Assembly: GCA_045591945.1 (NCBI GenBank)
Contig: JAZNTU010000046.1
Span: 9,826 to 73,825, forward strand
Direction of reading: 5' to 3'
Length of the DNA: 64,000 bases
From: Acutalibacteraceae bacterium
Lineage (GTDB): Bacteria > Bacillota > Clostridia > Oscillospirales > Acutalibacteraceae
Positions 56,611 through 64,000 of this stretch are shown one piece after another. The notes beneath the pieces are model-generated. The model searched no databases. It was not told the DNA's origin and worked only from the letters and a program-made list of their open reading frames with translations. The stretch's first letter is position 1. Every line of letters starts with the position of its first letter. The position numbers and the translations under genes are program-made.

Positions 56611-56999
56611 TCTGATTTTTCCTCATCAGCAAGGTTTGGCTGTGCAGTTGCTTTTGGCTTTTCAACACTACTTTTAGGTATTTTCACCTTTTTAACTGTT
56701 GTCTCCTCATCCATATCATCGGGCACACGTCGCATTGCTCGTATAAAAACAACTATAGCTATAATGAGCAAAACAACAAGTACAACAACGTAGATATTTC
56801 TTTTTTGCTCCTTTTCCTCTTTTTTCTCTCCAAAATCAAGAAAAGGGTCGTTAACGTCCTCATACTCAGATATATCCGTATACCTTTTATTAAAGTCAAG
56901 AGTAAGCTCGGGAATATCTCCACTTGCTAACGCCACGGGAGCAGCAAGCGAAAGGAATAAAACAACACAAAGAAAAACGGATAATATTTTACTTTTCAT
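56607..56999 (-). CDS. small hypothetical bitopic membrane protein
   Basis: ORF 56607..57053. The ATG at 56999 is preceded by GAAGGTG. It has a signal-like N-terminus, a central TM (IYVVVLVVLLIIAIVVFI) and a charged tail. It overlaps ttcA by ATGA. Confidence 0.55.
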   Translation of the reverse strand: MKSKILSVFLCVVLFLSLAAPVALASGDIPELTLDFNKRYTDISEYEDVNDPFLDFGEKKEEKEQKRNIYVVVLVVLLIIAIVVFIRAMRRVPDDMDEETTVKKVKIPKSSVEKPKATAQPNLADEEKSE

Positions 57000-57013
57000 A
57001 TTTGCACCTTCAT

Positions 57014-58180
57014 TTATATTTTTGAAACGGCTTCCAAAAGCCTTGCCATACATTTTTCTAAAACCTTTTGAGGACAGGCTATATTAAGCCTTGTGAAGCC
57101 TTCACCTGCTTTGCCAAACCAAAAACCGGGGTCTTGGATTATGCCACACTCATTGCGAAGGAATAAATCAAGCTCCTCATCAGTCATATTAAGCTCTGTC
57201 ATATCAAGCCAAACAAGGTACGTGCCTTGGCAATCGTACATTTTAATTCGTGGAATTTTTTCCACACACGCCTTAACAATAGCTATGTTTTTATCCACCT
57301 GCTCATTCATAGCATCTAACCAATAATCACACTGTGTATATGCAGCAATTGTTGCAGGGCGAGAAACGCAATTTATACAGCTATAGCCGTCTGCAGAGAG
57401 CTGCTTTTGAAACCTCTCTCGCAAGGCCTTGTTGGCAATAATGATATTAGAGGTACCTAAGCCTGCAAGGTTGAAGGACTTGCTGACAGCTGTACAAATA
57501 ATTGTGTTTTCTGCAAAAGACTTATCTACGTTATTTATAACGGTATGCTTTACACCGTTTCTTACAATATCAAAGTGAATTTCATCGGAAAGCAAAACCA
57601 CGTTATTTTTTAGGCAAATCTCACCTACACGCTTAAGCTCAGCTTCTGTCCATACTCTGCCTACAGGGTTATGTGGGCTACAAAGGAGCATAAGCTTAAC
57701 GTCCTCTTGAGCTGCTATTTTTTCAAGCTCTTCAAAATCCATTTCGTAGCCGCTTTCACCTTTAATTAAAGGGTTGTCTGCAACTATTCTACCGTTGTTT
57801 TCTATAGAATTTCTAAAAGGATAATAAACAGGTGACTGTATAATAACCTTATCACCTACAGCTGTAAAGGCTCGTATTGCTGTATTAATTGCAAATACCA
57901 CGCCACCTACACAGGTAATCCAGTCGTTTTCTATTTTAAAGCTATGGCGGCGCTCCATAAAAGAACGCACAGCATCTCTGTATGCTTTATCACTATCTGT
58001 ATAGCAAAAGAAGCCCTCATCTGCCAAGGCTTTAATTGCTTCACGCACCTCGGGTGGTGTTCTAAACTCCATATCGGCAACAGAAAGTGGGTATGCGCCC
58101 CTCTCTATAGCGCCATCGGTTACTGTTGTATCCCATTTATACGAGCCACTACCCTGTCGATTAACTATTTTTTCAAACAA
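57014..58180 (-). CDS. PLP-dependent C-S lyase / aminotransferase (MalY/PatB family)
   Basis: The ORF track starts at the GTG at 58195. The TTG at 58180 lies 7 nt after GAGGGG and gives an N-terminus M-FEKIVNRQGSGSYKWD, typical of PatB/MalY. The fold-type I body includes SKSFN. Confidence 0.8.
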   Translation of the reverse strand: MFEKIVNRQGSGSYKWDTTVTDGAIERGAYPLSVADMEFRTPPEVREAIKALADEGFFCYTDSDKAYRDAVRSFMERRHSFKIENDWITCVGGVVFAINTAIRAFTAVGDKVIIQSPVYYPFRNSIENNGRIVADNPLIKGESGYEMDFEELEKIAAQEDVKLMLLCSPHNPVGRVWTEAELKRVGEICLKNNVVLLSDEIHFDIVRNGVKHTVINNVDKSFAENTIICTAVSKSFNLAGLGTSNIIIANKALRERFQKQLSADGYSCINCVSRPATIAAYTQCDYWLDAMNEQVDKNIAIVKACVEKIPRIKMYDCQGTYLVWLDMTELNMTDEELDLFLRNECGIIQDPGFWFGKAGEGFTRLNIACPQKVLEKCMARLLEAVSKI

Positions 58181-58216
58181 AACAAAACCCCTCACGGTCT
58201 GAAATATCTTCTTTTA

Positions 58217-58942
58217 TTACACGTTTACAAAAAGAATTGATGATGCAAGAAGCATTTGACCTGCAAAATACGTTACTATGTTAAAAATCTTTAATGGTCT
58301 GTTTTTCTTTTGACCACCAAACATAAGTATGCCTATTGTTGCATCGGATAAAAGGAAGAATAATGAGCCAAAGAAAAGTGCAAGAAGTGCAAGCACTCCG
58401 TTTTGCCCACCGTTAAGCAAAAAATGCACACCCAAGGATGTAGCCTTTATAAACATAAAGCTCAATACAGCTGTATAAACCCAAACGGCATATTTTAAAA
58501 GCTTAATAGAGAATTCCAGTTTAAAGCGCTTAAACGTAAAAACAGAAAGAAGCATTAAAACAATAAAAGCTGTAACCTCAGCTACATTGAAATTATTATA
58601 GCCTTCAAAGGTATTAAGCGCCCTTACGTAAGCCGTTATGTATGCAACGTGCCCTGCAAGAAAGCTTACAAATCCTATACCGAAAAACGAGTTTTTCTCG
58701 GAATGAAGAAAGAAATCTCCAACCCAGCCAAGGAGCAAGCCAACAACCATAGTAGTTGCAAAATCTGATTTATTGTTTGCTATATTAACACTCAAAAAGC
58801 CTACACAAACAAAAAGTGTAGCTGATAGCATTTTTGCTGCAAGTGATTTCATTGACCTATTGGGCCAAATAAGCTTTAAGAATAATGGTGTTGAAAAGCA
58901 CTGTATTACAAAGCAACACGCAAATAAGATCCACAAAATCAT
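58217..58942 (-). CDS. YhhN-family (lysoplasmalogenase-like) membrane protein
   Basis: 241 aa with about 8 TMs and the motifs WVGDFFLH and LLSDATIG. Confidence 0.65.
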   Translation of the reverse strand: MILWILFACCFVIQCFSTPLFLKLIWPNRSMKSLAAKMLSATLFVCVGFLSVNIANNKSDFATTMVVGLLLGWVGDFFLHSEKNSFFGIGFVSFLAGHVAYITAYVRALNTFEGYNNFNVAEVTAFIVLMLLSVFTFKRFKLEFSIKLLKYAVWVYTAVLSFMFIKATSLGVHFLLNGGQNGVLALLALFFGSLFFLLSDATIGILMFGGQKKNRPLKIFNIVTYFAGQMLLASSILFVNV

Positions 58943-58959
58943 TATTAAAACCCCAACTT

Positions 58960-60036
58960 TTAATATGTAAAGTCTTTACAAATAACTGTGCCTATAAGCT
59001 CTTGGCGTTCAAGCCCTATTTTGCCAAGACCAACAACGTTACCTGAACCCTTGATACTCACTCTTGCAATCTGCTCAAGGTGAACTATCTCCAATGTATT
59101 TGGATTAAACTCAACCTCTACAGAGCAATCGTGGTACCTGAGTGAATACTTAATATCCTTTGCAAATACTGTTACAATCGGATGATAAACGGTGCCATCT
59201 ATTTTGGCCTTTGACATAGGTGAGAACACTGCACCTGTGTAGCTTGGTGCAACGTTTGTGTTTTCTGCTATCGGCTCCGGATTATCCTCAGGAACAAGAA
59301 TAAAGGTCATTTTAACATTGCCATTTGGAAGCACCTTGTAGGTATAGCTTTCTATACTGTTAGGATCTGTAAGGTATGAGCCCTTTTCTCTGTCGAAAAC
59401 AGGGAAGCGAGCCATATCAGCATCACCCTTTTCGTGAATATACGGATTAGCCTCTGCCTCCTCCTTAGGAATGAATACTCCCATTGTTTGCACAAAATTG
59501 AGCATTTTAGCAACAGCCTCATCACCCGCTTTATCGCCACCCTCGGAGAAAACTCGGTTTTCCTCACCATCGGGAAGCTCTTGATATTCAATCTTAGTAA
59601 AGGCAGGGGCTTTTGCTTTTGCGTTATTCATAACGTCGGCATATATTTTAACAATATCTGCCTTTGTTTTATTCTCGTTTAAAAGAGTGTTTACAGGACG
59701 CTGTACGGGAGCATCGCCGTTGTTATTTTGTTGTAAGTTGCCTTGATTGGGTATAGTTTCATTATTATTTTGAACCTGATTATTGGGCACAATAGTATTG
59801 TTGTTTTGATTTTCGTACTGTATGTAACCGTTATCTAAAGCAGGGTTATTTACATTTTGTGTAGTCGGCTCGGTAACATCCGGCGTACCTATAAGTGTAC
59901 CCTTTTTATTTTCTTCGGCAACAACGCCTATTACAACAATAGAAATATACGTGCTTACAGCTAACAAAGCTGAAAGCGCTATACAGCCTATAACAAGCCC
60001 TTTTTTCTTTTTGTTTGTTCTTTTCTTTTTAGCCAT
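58960..60036 (-). CDS. hypothetical N-terminally anchored extracytoplasmic protein with an Asn/Gln-rich linker (paralog of 60200..61159)
   Basis: 358 aa. A GAAAGG RBS precedes it. A Lys-rich N-terminus and a TM are followed by an N/Q-rich region of about 90 aa and a globular domain of about 230 aa ending ..CKDFTY. Confidence 0.7.
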   Translation of the reverse strand: MAKKKRTNKKKKGLVIGCIALSALLAVSTYISIVVIGVVAEENKKGTLIGTPDVTEPTTQNVNNPALDNGYIQYENQNNNTIVPNNQVQNNNETIPNQGNLQQNNNGDAPVQRPVNTLLNENKTKADIVKIYADVMNNAKAKAPAFTKIEYQELPDGEENRVFSEGGDKAGDEAVAKMLNFVQTMGVFIPKEEAEANPYIHEKGDADMARFPVFDREKGSYLTDPNSIESYTYKVLPNGNVKMTFILVPEDNPEPIAENTNVAPSYTGAVFSPMSKAKIDGTVYHPIVTVFAKDIKYSLRYHDCSVEVEFNPNTLEIVHLEQIARVSIKGSGNVVGLGKIGLERQELIGTVICKDFTY

Positions 60037-60146
60037 ATCAATATACCTTTCTCAAGTGAAACATACTTATAAATATACACAATAATTATATATAAAAAAC
60101 ATATAATAGTCAACAAAATAAAAAACAAATAAAAAACAAATAAAGC

Positions 60147-60180
60147 ACAAAAAAACCGACTTGCTTTCGCAAGTCGGTTT
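60147..60180 (-). terminator. intrinsic terminator after the 60200..61159 gene
   Basis: On the minus strand: AACCGACUUGC-GAAA-GCAAGUCGGUU, followed by U7 (plus-strand A-run at 60149-60155). Confidence 0.8.
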
Positions 60181-60199
60181 GTGTTTAGTATGTATTTAA

Positions 60200-61159
60200 T
60201 TAATACTTGAAGTCGTAGTACTTTGCATTGAAGCCGAGAGCACCTGAAGCGCCAAGTGAACCAGCAACTGCTTCAACGTTAGCAACGATATCTGCTGCGC
60301 AGAAGTGAGTAATGCTTACGAACTTACCGTCAGCTGTCATTTCAGCTGTGATTGTGTAAGCCTTGTATGTGATTGTACCATCAACGCTCTTAACGAGTTT
60401 CTTAACTGTTTCGTCAGTTGCAACTGTGTTCTGAACGTCTTTAATATCAAGGAATTCTTTTGACATTAATACAAGACCTGTTGTATCTGAATATGATGGG
60501 TTAACCATATCCTTCATAACGATAACAACTTCGTAGTTGCCGTTGTCAAGCTTTTTAGCTGTAGCGCTTGCAACATCGCTTGCTGCACAGTTACTGATAG
60601 GCATACGATTCTTAGCATCGTCTGAACCCTTTTCGTTAATCTTTTCCTCAGCTGCTGACTCTTCTGTCATGAAGCCCTTGATAAGGCTTGTAAGAGGACC
60701 TGAAAGGAATGTAAGCTTATCGAGCTGAAGGTCGCCTTCAACTGTCTGCCAACCCTTCTTTGTGTAGCCTGCTGTACCGTTCTCGTGGATATCCTTAGCT
60801 GCCTTCTGGAAGAAGCCGAGAGGATCTGCAAGAACAGGGTCATTAGCATTGTTGTCTGCTGGCTTGTCAGCTGGCTTATCTGTTGATGTACCGCTGTTTG
60901 ATGGAGCTGTAGTCTGCTCTGTTGATGAACTGCTACTGCTTGAGGAAGAAGATGATGATGAAGAGGATGATGAGCCACCTGGTGTTGTGCTTGTTGTACC
61001 ACCTTGCTGTGCAGGCTGGCCACCCTGTTCAACAACTGCTCCGCCGTCGCGAGCAAGTAAGATAACTGATGCTACTGCAACTGCGTTGCTTGTGATGATT
61101 GTGATGAAGAGTGCAATGCTAAGAATTATAGCAATTACCTTCATATCAGAGTTTTTCAT
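60200..61159 (-). CDS. hypothetical N-terminally anchored extracytoplasmic protein with a poly-Ser linker (paralog of 58960..60036)
   Basis: The ORF track starts at the TTG at 61219. The ATG at 61159 follows AAAGGGG. A TM is followed by a G/Q/T-rich segment, 17 consecutive Ser residues and a globular domain ending ..YYDFKY. Confidence 0.7.
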   Translation of the reverse strand: MKNSDMKVIAIILSIALFITIITSNAVAVASVILLARDGGAVVEQGGQPAQQGGTTSTTPGGSSSSSSSSSSSSSSSSSTEQTTAPSNSGTSTDKPADKPADNNANDPVLADPLGFFQKAAKDIHENGTAGYTKKGWQTVEGDLQLDKLTFLSGPLTSLIKGFMTEESAAEEKINEKGSDDAKNRMPISNCAASDVASATAKKLDNGNYEVVIVMKDMVNPSYSDTTGLVLMSKEFLDIKDVQNTVATDETVKKLVKSVDGTITYKAYTITAEMTADGKFVSITHFCAADIVANVEAVAGSLGASGALGFNAKYYDFKY

Positions 61160-61308
61160 TGGTAAAATACCCCTTTCACTACTCGCCCTTTCGGACGGCA
61201 TAAGTTTCTTTTTAGACAATCATAGATTACCCTAAAAGGCGAGAAATGTCAAGTTAAATTTTTTATAAATATACACCTTTAAAATATTTTCGTCAAAAAG
61301 CCGAAAAA

Positions 61309-63720
61309 TCAATCCATTTTTTGTGTATTCCATATATTTTCAGCATACTCGTTAATAGCACGGTCTGCCGCAAATCTGCCTGAAAGCGCAATATTCATAA
61401 GGGACATTTGATTCCACTTTCTTTGGTTACGGAAGGTTTCCTGAATCCTTGCCTGTGCACGCTGGTAATCAGCAAAATCAGCAAGCACCATAAATGGGTC
61501 GTGGTGCATAATTGTACCCGAAATATCGGAGAAATCCTTGCCGTTTATACCACCGTGAGAAATGAAATCAAGCACCTTGCGAATTTCGGCATTGTTATTG
61601 TAATAGTTCATTGGATTATAGCCACTATTACGAAGAGCATTAACCTCCTCAGTACGCATACCGAAAAGAAACATATTATCGTCGCCTACTGATTCGTGAA
61701 TTTCCACGTTAGCACCGTCAAGCGTACCGATTGTGATAGCACCGTTCATCATAAGCTTCATATTACCTGTACCACTTGCCTCTTTACCTGCAAGTGAAAT
61801 CTGCTCGGAAACATCTGCGGCAGGCATAAGGTGTTCTGCATTTGTTACGTTATAATCCTCAACGTATACAACCTTAAGCTTATCCTTAACGTCGGGGTCG
61901 TTGTTAATCATATCGGAAAGCTCAAGAAGCATACTGATAATTCTTTGAGCAACGTAGTAGCCGGGAGCTGCCTTTGCACCGAATATATATGTTTTAGGAA
62001 CAAAATCCATATTTGGATTTTCTTTAAGAGCAAGGTATTCTGAAACAATATTGAATGCATTAAGGTGCTGACGCTTGTATTCGTGAAGGCGCTTAACCTG
62101 AACGTCAAAAATAGAGTCAACGTTAAGCTGTACTCCTGTTTGCTTAAAGATTCTTTTTGCAAACTCTTCTTTATTAGCACGTTTAATTTCAGCTAATTTC
62201 GCAAGCACAGCGTCATCCTCAGCAAAGGCTGTAAGCCTTGAAAGGTTTTCGGCATCGTAAACGAAGCTGTCATCACCTAAAAGCTCGGTAATATACTTTG
62301 TAAGGCGTGGGTTTGCTTGGCAAAGCCAACGTCTGTGAGCAATACCGTTTGTAACGTTTGTGAATTTATTTGGTGTAAGCTTATAAAAATCGTTAAAGAG
62401 TGTATCCTTAAGAATTTGGCTGTGAAGGGCTGAAACACCGTTTACACTGTGGCAGGCTGCTACACAAAGGTTTGCCATACGCACTGCGCCGTTGGAAACT
62501 ATTGCTGTTCTTTCAACGTAGTCTGCATCGTGAGTGTTTTCCCACACGTATGCACGGAAACGGTTATCAATCTCTCTTATAATATCGTATATACGAGGAA
62601 TAAGGCGTTTAACAAGCTCCTCGCTCCAGCACTCAAGAGCCTCGCTCATAACAGTATGGTTTGTGTAGGCCATAGTGTTTGTTACTATACGCCAAGCATC
62701 ATCCCAGCCATAGCCACATTCATCGAGAAGTATTCTCATAAGCTCAGGAATCGCCATTGTAGGATGTGTATCGTTAATATGGATAGCAGCCTTCTCTGGA
62801 AGCGTATCTATTGAGCCGTGCTCACGAAGGTGATGGCGAACAATATCCTGAATAGAAGCAGAAACCAAGAAATACTGCTGACGTAAACGGAGTGATTTAC
62901 CCTCGGGATGATTATCCATAGGATACAAAACCTTTGAAATAACCTCTGCCATTGCCTGGCGCTCCATAGAGCGCATAAAGTCGCCCTGGTTGAAGGACTT
63001 CATATCAAACTCAGGTGCTTTTGCACTCCAAAGACGGAGAACGCTGATGCCCTTACCATCCTTACCTGCAACAAACATATCGTATGGCACAGCCTGAATA
63101 ACGTTGCCATCCTTAACCTCTACGTGGTGGTAGTGATTATCCCAATACTCCTCTACTCTGCCCTCAAAGCAAACGTTTACAGAGCTGCTTTCTCTCGGCA
63201 CAAGCCATACCTCACCACCGGGAAGCCAGTTATCCGGAAGCTCGGTCTGTCTGCCGTCAATAAGCTTTTGACGGAAAATACCGTATTCGTAGAGAATTGA
63301 ATAGCCACGTGCAGGATAATCCTGTGTTGCAAGACCATCAAGGTAGCAGGCAGCAAGTCTGCCCAAACCACCATTGCCGAGGCCTGCATCAGGCTCGCAA
63401 TCGTAGAGTCTGTCAAGGCTGATTCCGAAATCTTTAAGTACGCTTTCAAACGTTTTTGTAAGGTTAAGATTAAAAAGTGAGTTCTTCAAGGAACGACCCA
63501 TAAGGAATTCCATTGAAAGGTAGAAAACACGCTTTTTGCCTTCCTCGTCTGCCTTTTTGCCCAGCTCTGCTCTGCCCTGAGCCATCATATCACGAACAAT
63601 CATTACTAATGCTTTGTAGTATTGCTCATAGGTTGCATTTTCTGTTGAAATGCCGAAAAAATGCAAAAGCTTATTTTCAAGCATCTCTTTTGCTTGTTTC
63701 TTTGTAAGCTTGTAATTCAT
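61309..63720 (-). CDS. glgP: glycogen/maltodextrin (alpha-glucan) phosphorylase
   Basis: 803 aa. It has GLGNGGLGRLAAC and the PLP-lysine region EASGTGNMK. A GGGGGA RBS precedes it. Confidence 0.95.
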   Translation of the reverse strand: MNYKLTKKQAKEMLENKLLHFFGISTENATYEQYYKALVMIVRDMMAQGRAELGKKADEEGKKRVFYLSMEFLMGRSLKNSLFNLNLTKTFESVLKDFGISLDRLYDCEPDAGLGNGGLGRLAACYLDGLATQDYPARGYSILYEYGIFRQKLIDGRQTELPDNWLPGGEVWLVPRESSSVNVCFEGRVEEYWDNHYHHVEVKDGNVIQAVPYDMFVAGKDGKGISVLRLWSAKAPEFDMKSFNQGDFMRSMERQAMAEVISKVLYPMDNHPEGKSLRLRQQYFLVSASIQDIVRHHLREHGSIDTLPEKAAIHINDTHPTMAIPELMRILLDECGYGWDDAWRIVTNTMAYTNHTVMSEALECWSEELVKRLIPRIYDIIREIDNRFRAYVWENTHDADYVERTAIVSNGAVRMANLCVAACHSVNGVSALHSQILKDTLFNDFYKLTPNKFTNVTNGIAHRRWLCQANPRLTKYITELLGDDSFVYDAENLSRLTAFAEDDAVLAKLAEIKRANKEEFAKRIFKQTGVQLNVDSIFDVQVKRLHEYKRQHLNAFNIVSEYLALKENPNMDFVPKTYIFGAKAAPGYYVAQRIISMLLELSDMINNDPDVKDKLKVVYVEDYNVTNAEHLMPAADVSEQISLAGKEASGTGNMKLMMNGAITIGTLDGANVEIHESVGDDNMFLFGMRTEEVNALRNSGYNPMNYYNNNAEIRKVLDFISHGGINGKDFSDISGTIMHHDPFMVLADFADYQRAQARIQETFRNQRKWNQMSLMNIALSGRFAADRAINEYAENIWNTQKMD

Positions 63721-63775
63721 ACAAATCCCCCAAAAATTTTTATAAAAACAGGGTTTTTAACCCATCTGTTTATAC

Positions 63776-63804
63776 ATTTTACACTAAAATAACACTAAAA
63801 TCAA
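63776..63804 (-). promoter_or_regulatory. promoter candidate for glgP
   Basis: On the minus strand: TTGATT (63799-63804), a 17-nt spacer, then TAAAAT (63776-63781). It lies within a direct repeat TTTTAGTGT x2. Confidence 0.45.
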
Positions 63805-63833
63805 CTGTAATAGAAAAATAATTAGTGTAAATA

Positions 63834-63870
63834 TTAACAAAAGCACCACATATTATTATATGCGATGCTT
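63834..63870 (-). terminator. intrinsic terminator of the partial upstream gene
   Basis: On the minus strand: GCAUCGCAUAU-AAUA-AUAUGUGGUGC, an 11-bp stem including 2 G-U pairs, followed by UUUUGUU. Confidence 0.55.
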
Positions 63871-63890
63871 TATATGTTATTATTGTGCAA

Positions 63891-64000
63891 TTATCTGTAT
63901 TTTTGCGCAAGAAAGAAGCAAACCCAAAGAGCCACTACAAAAGCACTTTCTGCAGGGATTGCAAGCTTTGTGTAAGGGCATTTCCAGCCTTTATCTACAA
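63891..64000 (-). CDS. 3' end of an unidentified gene running off the window (partial)
   Basis: The frame is open from the window edge: ..VDKGWKCPYTKLAIPAESAFVVALWVCFFLAQKYR*. The stop is at 63891-63893 and a terminator hairpin follows. The fragment is too short to assign. Confidence 0.3.
   Translation of the reverse strand, partial: VDKGWKCPYTKLAIPAESAFVVALWVCFFLAQKYR

Noticed and set aside
60121-60150. A-rich tandem motif AAAAAACAAAT x2 upstream of the 60147..60180 terminator.
   Set aside because: It is short, low-complexity and adjacent to the terminator A-tract. It is most simply AT-rich spacer sequence.
60849-61235. Plus-strand ORF encoding an acidic EEEDDDEEDDE tract.
   Set aside because: It is the antisense reading of the poly-Ser region of the minus-strand gene 60200..61159. 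It has no independent support.
1-64000. A search for CRISPR arrays, tRNA or rRNA genes, IS elements, integrases, prophage genes and long dispersed repeats.
   Set aside because: I found no spaced identical repeats, cloverleaf-capable conserved tRNA boxes, rRNA-like stretches or transposase/integrase-like ORFs by reading. Absence cannot be proven without tRNAscan, Infernal or BLAST.

Overview
This window is a 64-kb chromosomal segment from a low-GC Firmicute. It looks Clostridia-like because it has a ylmC/ymxH sporulation gene, a DHOD-B pyrK/pyrD pair, and a split purO plus AICARFT-only purH. Coding is dense, with about 50 protein genes, mostly housekeeping and mostly on the minus strand.

Gene content from start to end:
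- pdxK-trmL.
- A tsaD<-rimI<-polA<-mreB-like operon.
- A divergent WYL-domain regulator.
- A roughly 10.6-kb pur operon (purE-F-M-N-O-H-D-L) behind a ZTP (pfl) riboswitch that I could read directly.
- A roughly 9-kb pyr operon (pyrC-carB-pyrK-D-F-E-B-I) with a leader terminator and no carA.
- A signal-less GH38 alpha-mannosidase plus GH33-like sialidase pair.
- ylmC plus an M14 peptidase.
- A large GT-C-like membrane protein plus a DUF3048 lipoprotein.
- DUF2461, then DUF1015-nfo, then a TetR regulator.
- A MacB/FtsX-type ABC transporter whose permease carries a roughly 370-aa coiled-coil insertion.
- An FHA-domain::SEDS (RodA/FtsW) fusion with a PbpA-like class B PBP.
- galM and an anchored surface protein.
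- A WalRK-like two-component system plus HtrA.
- ttcA, a PatB/MalY-type lyase and a YhhN protein.
- Two tandem distant paralogs with low-complexity linkers.
- glgP.

I saw no rRNA, tRNA, CRISPR array, transposase, integrase or phage genes. I also saw no recognisable defence island.

The least explained items are:
- Six back-to-back hairpins with a near-consensus orphan promoter between the mreB-like/polA operon and the WYL regulator.
- A PurF homolog without the N-terminal catalytic Cys.
- The FHA-SEDS fusion sitting next to the coiled-coil ABC permease.

All functional calls come from motif and family recognition by eye. No searches were run.
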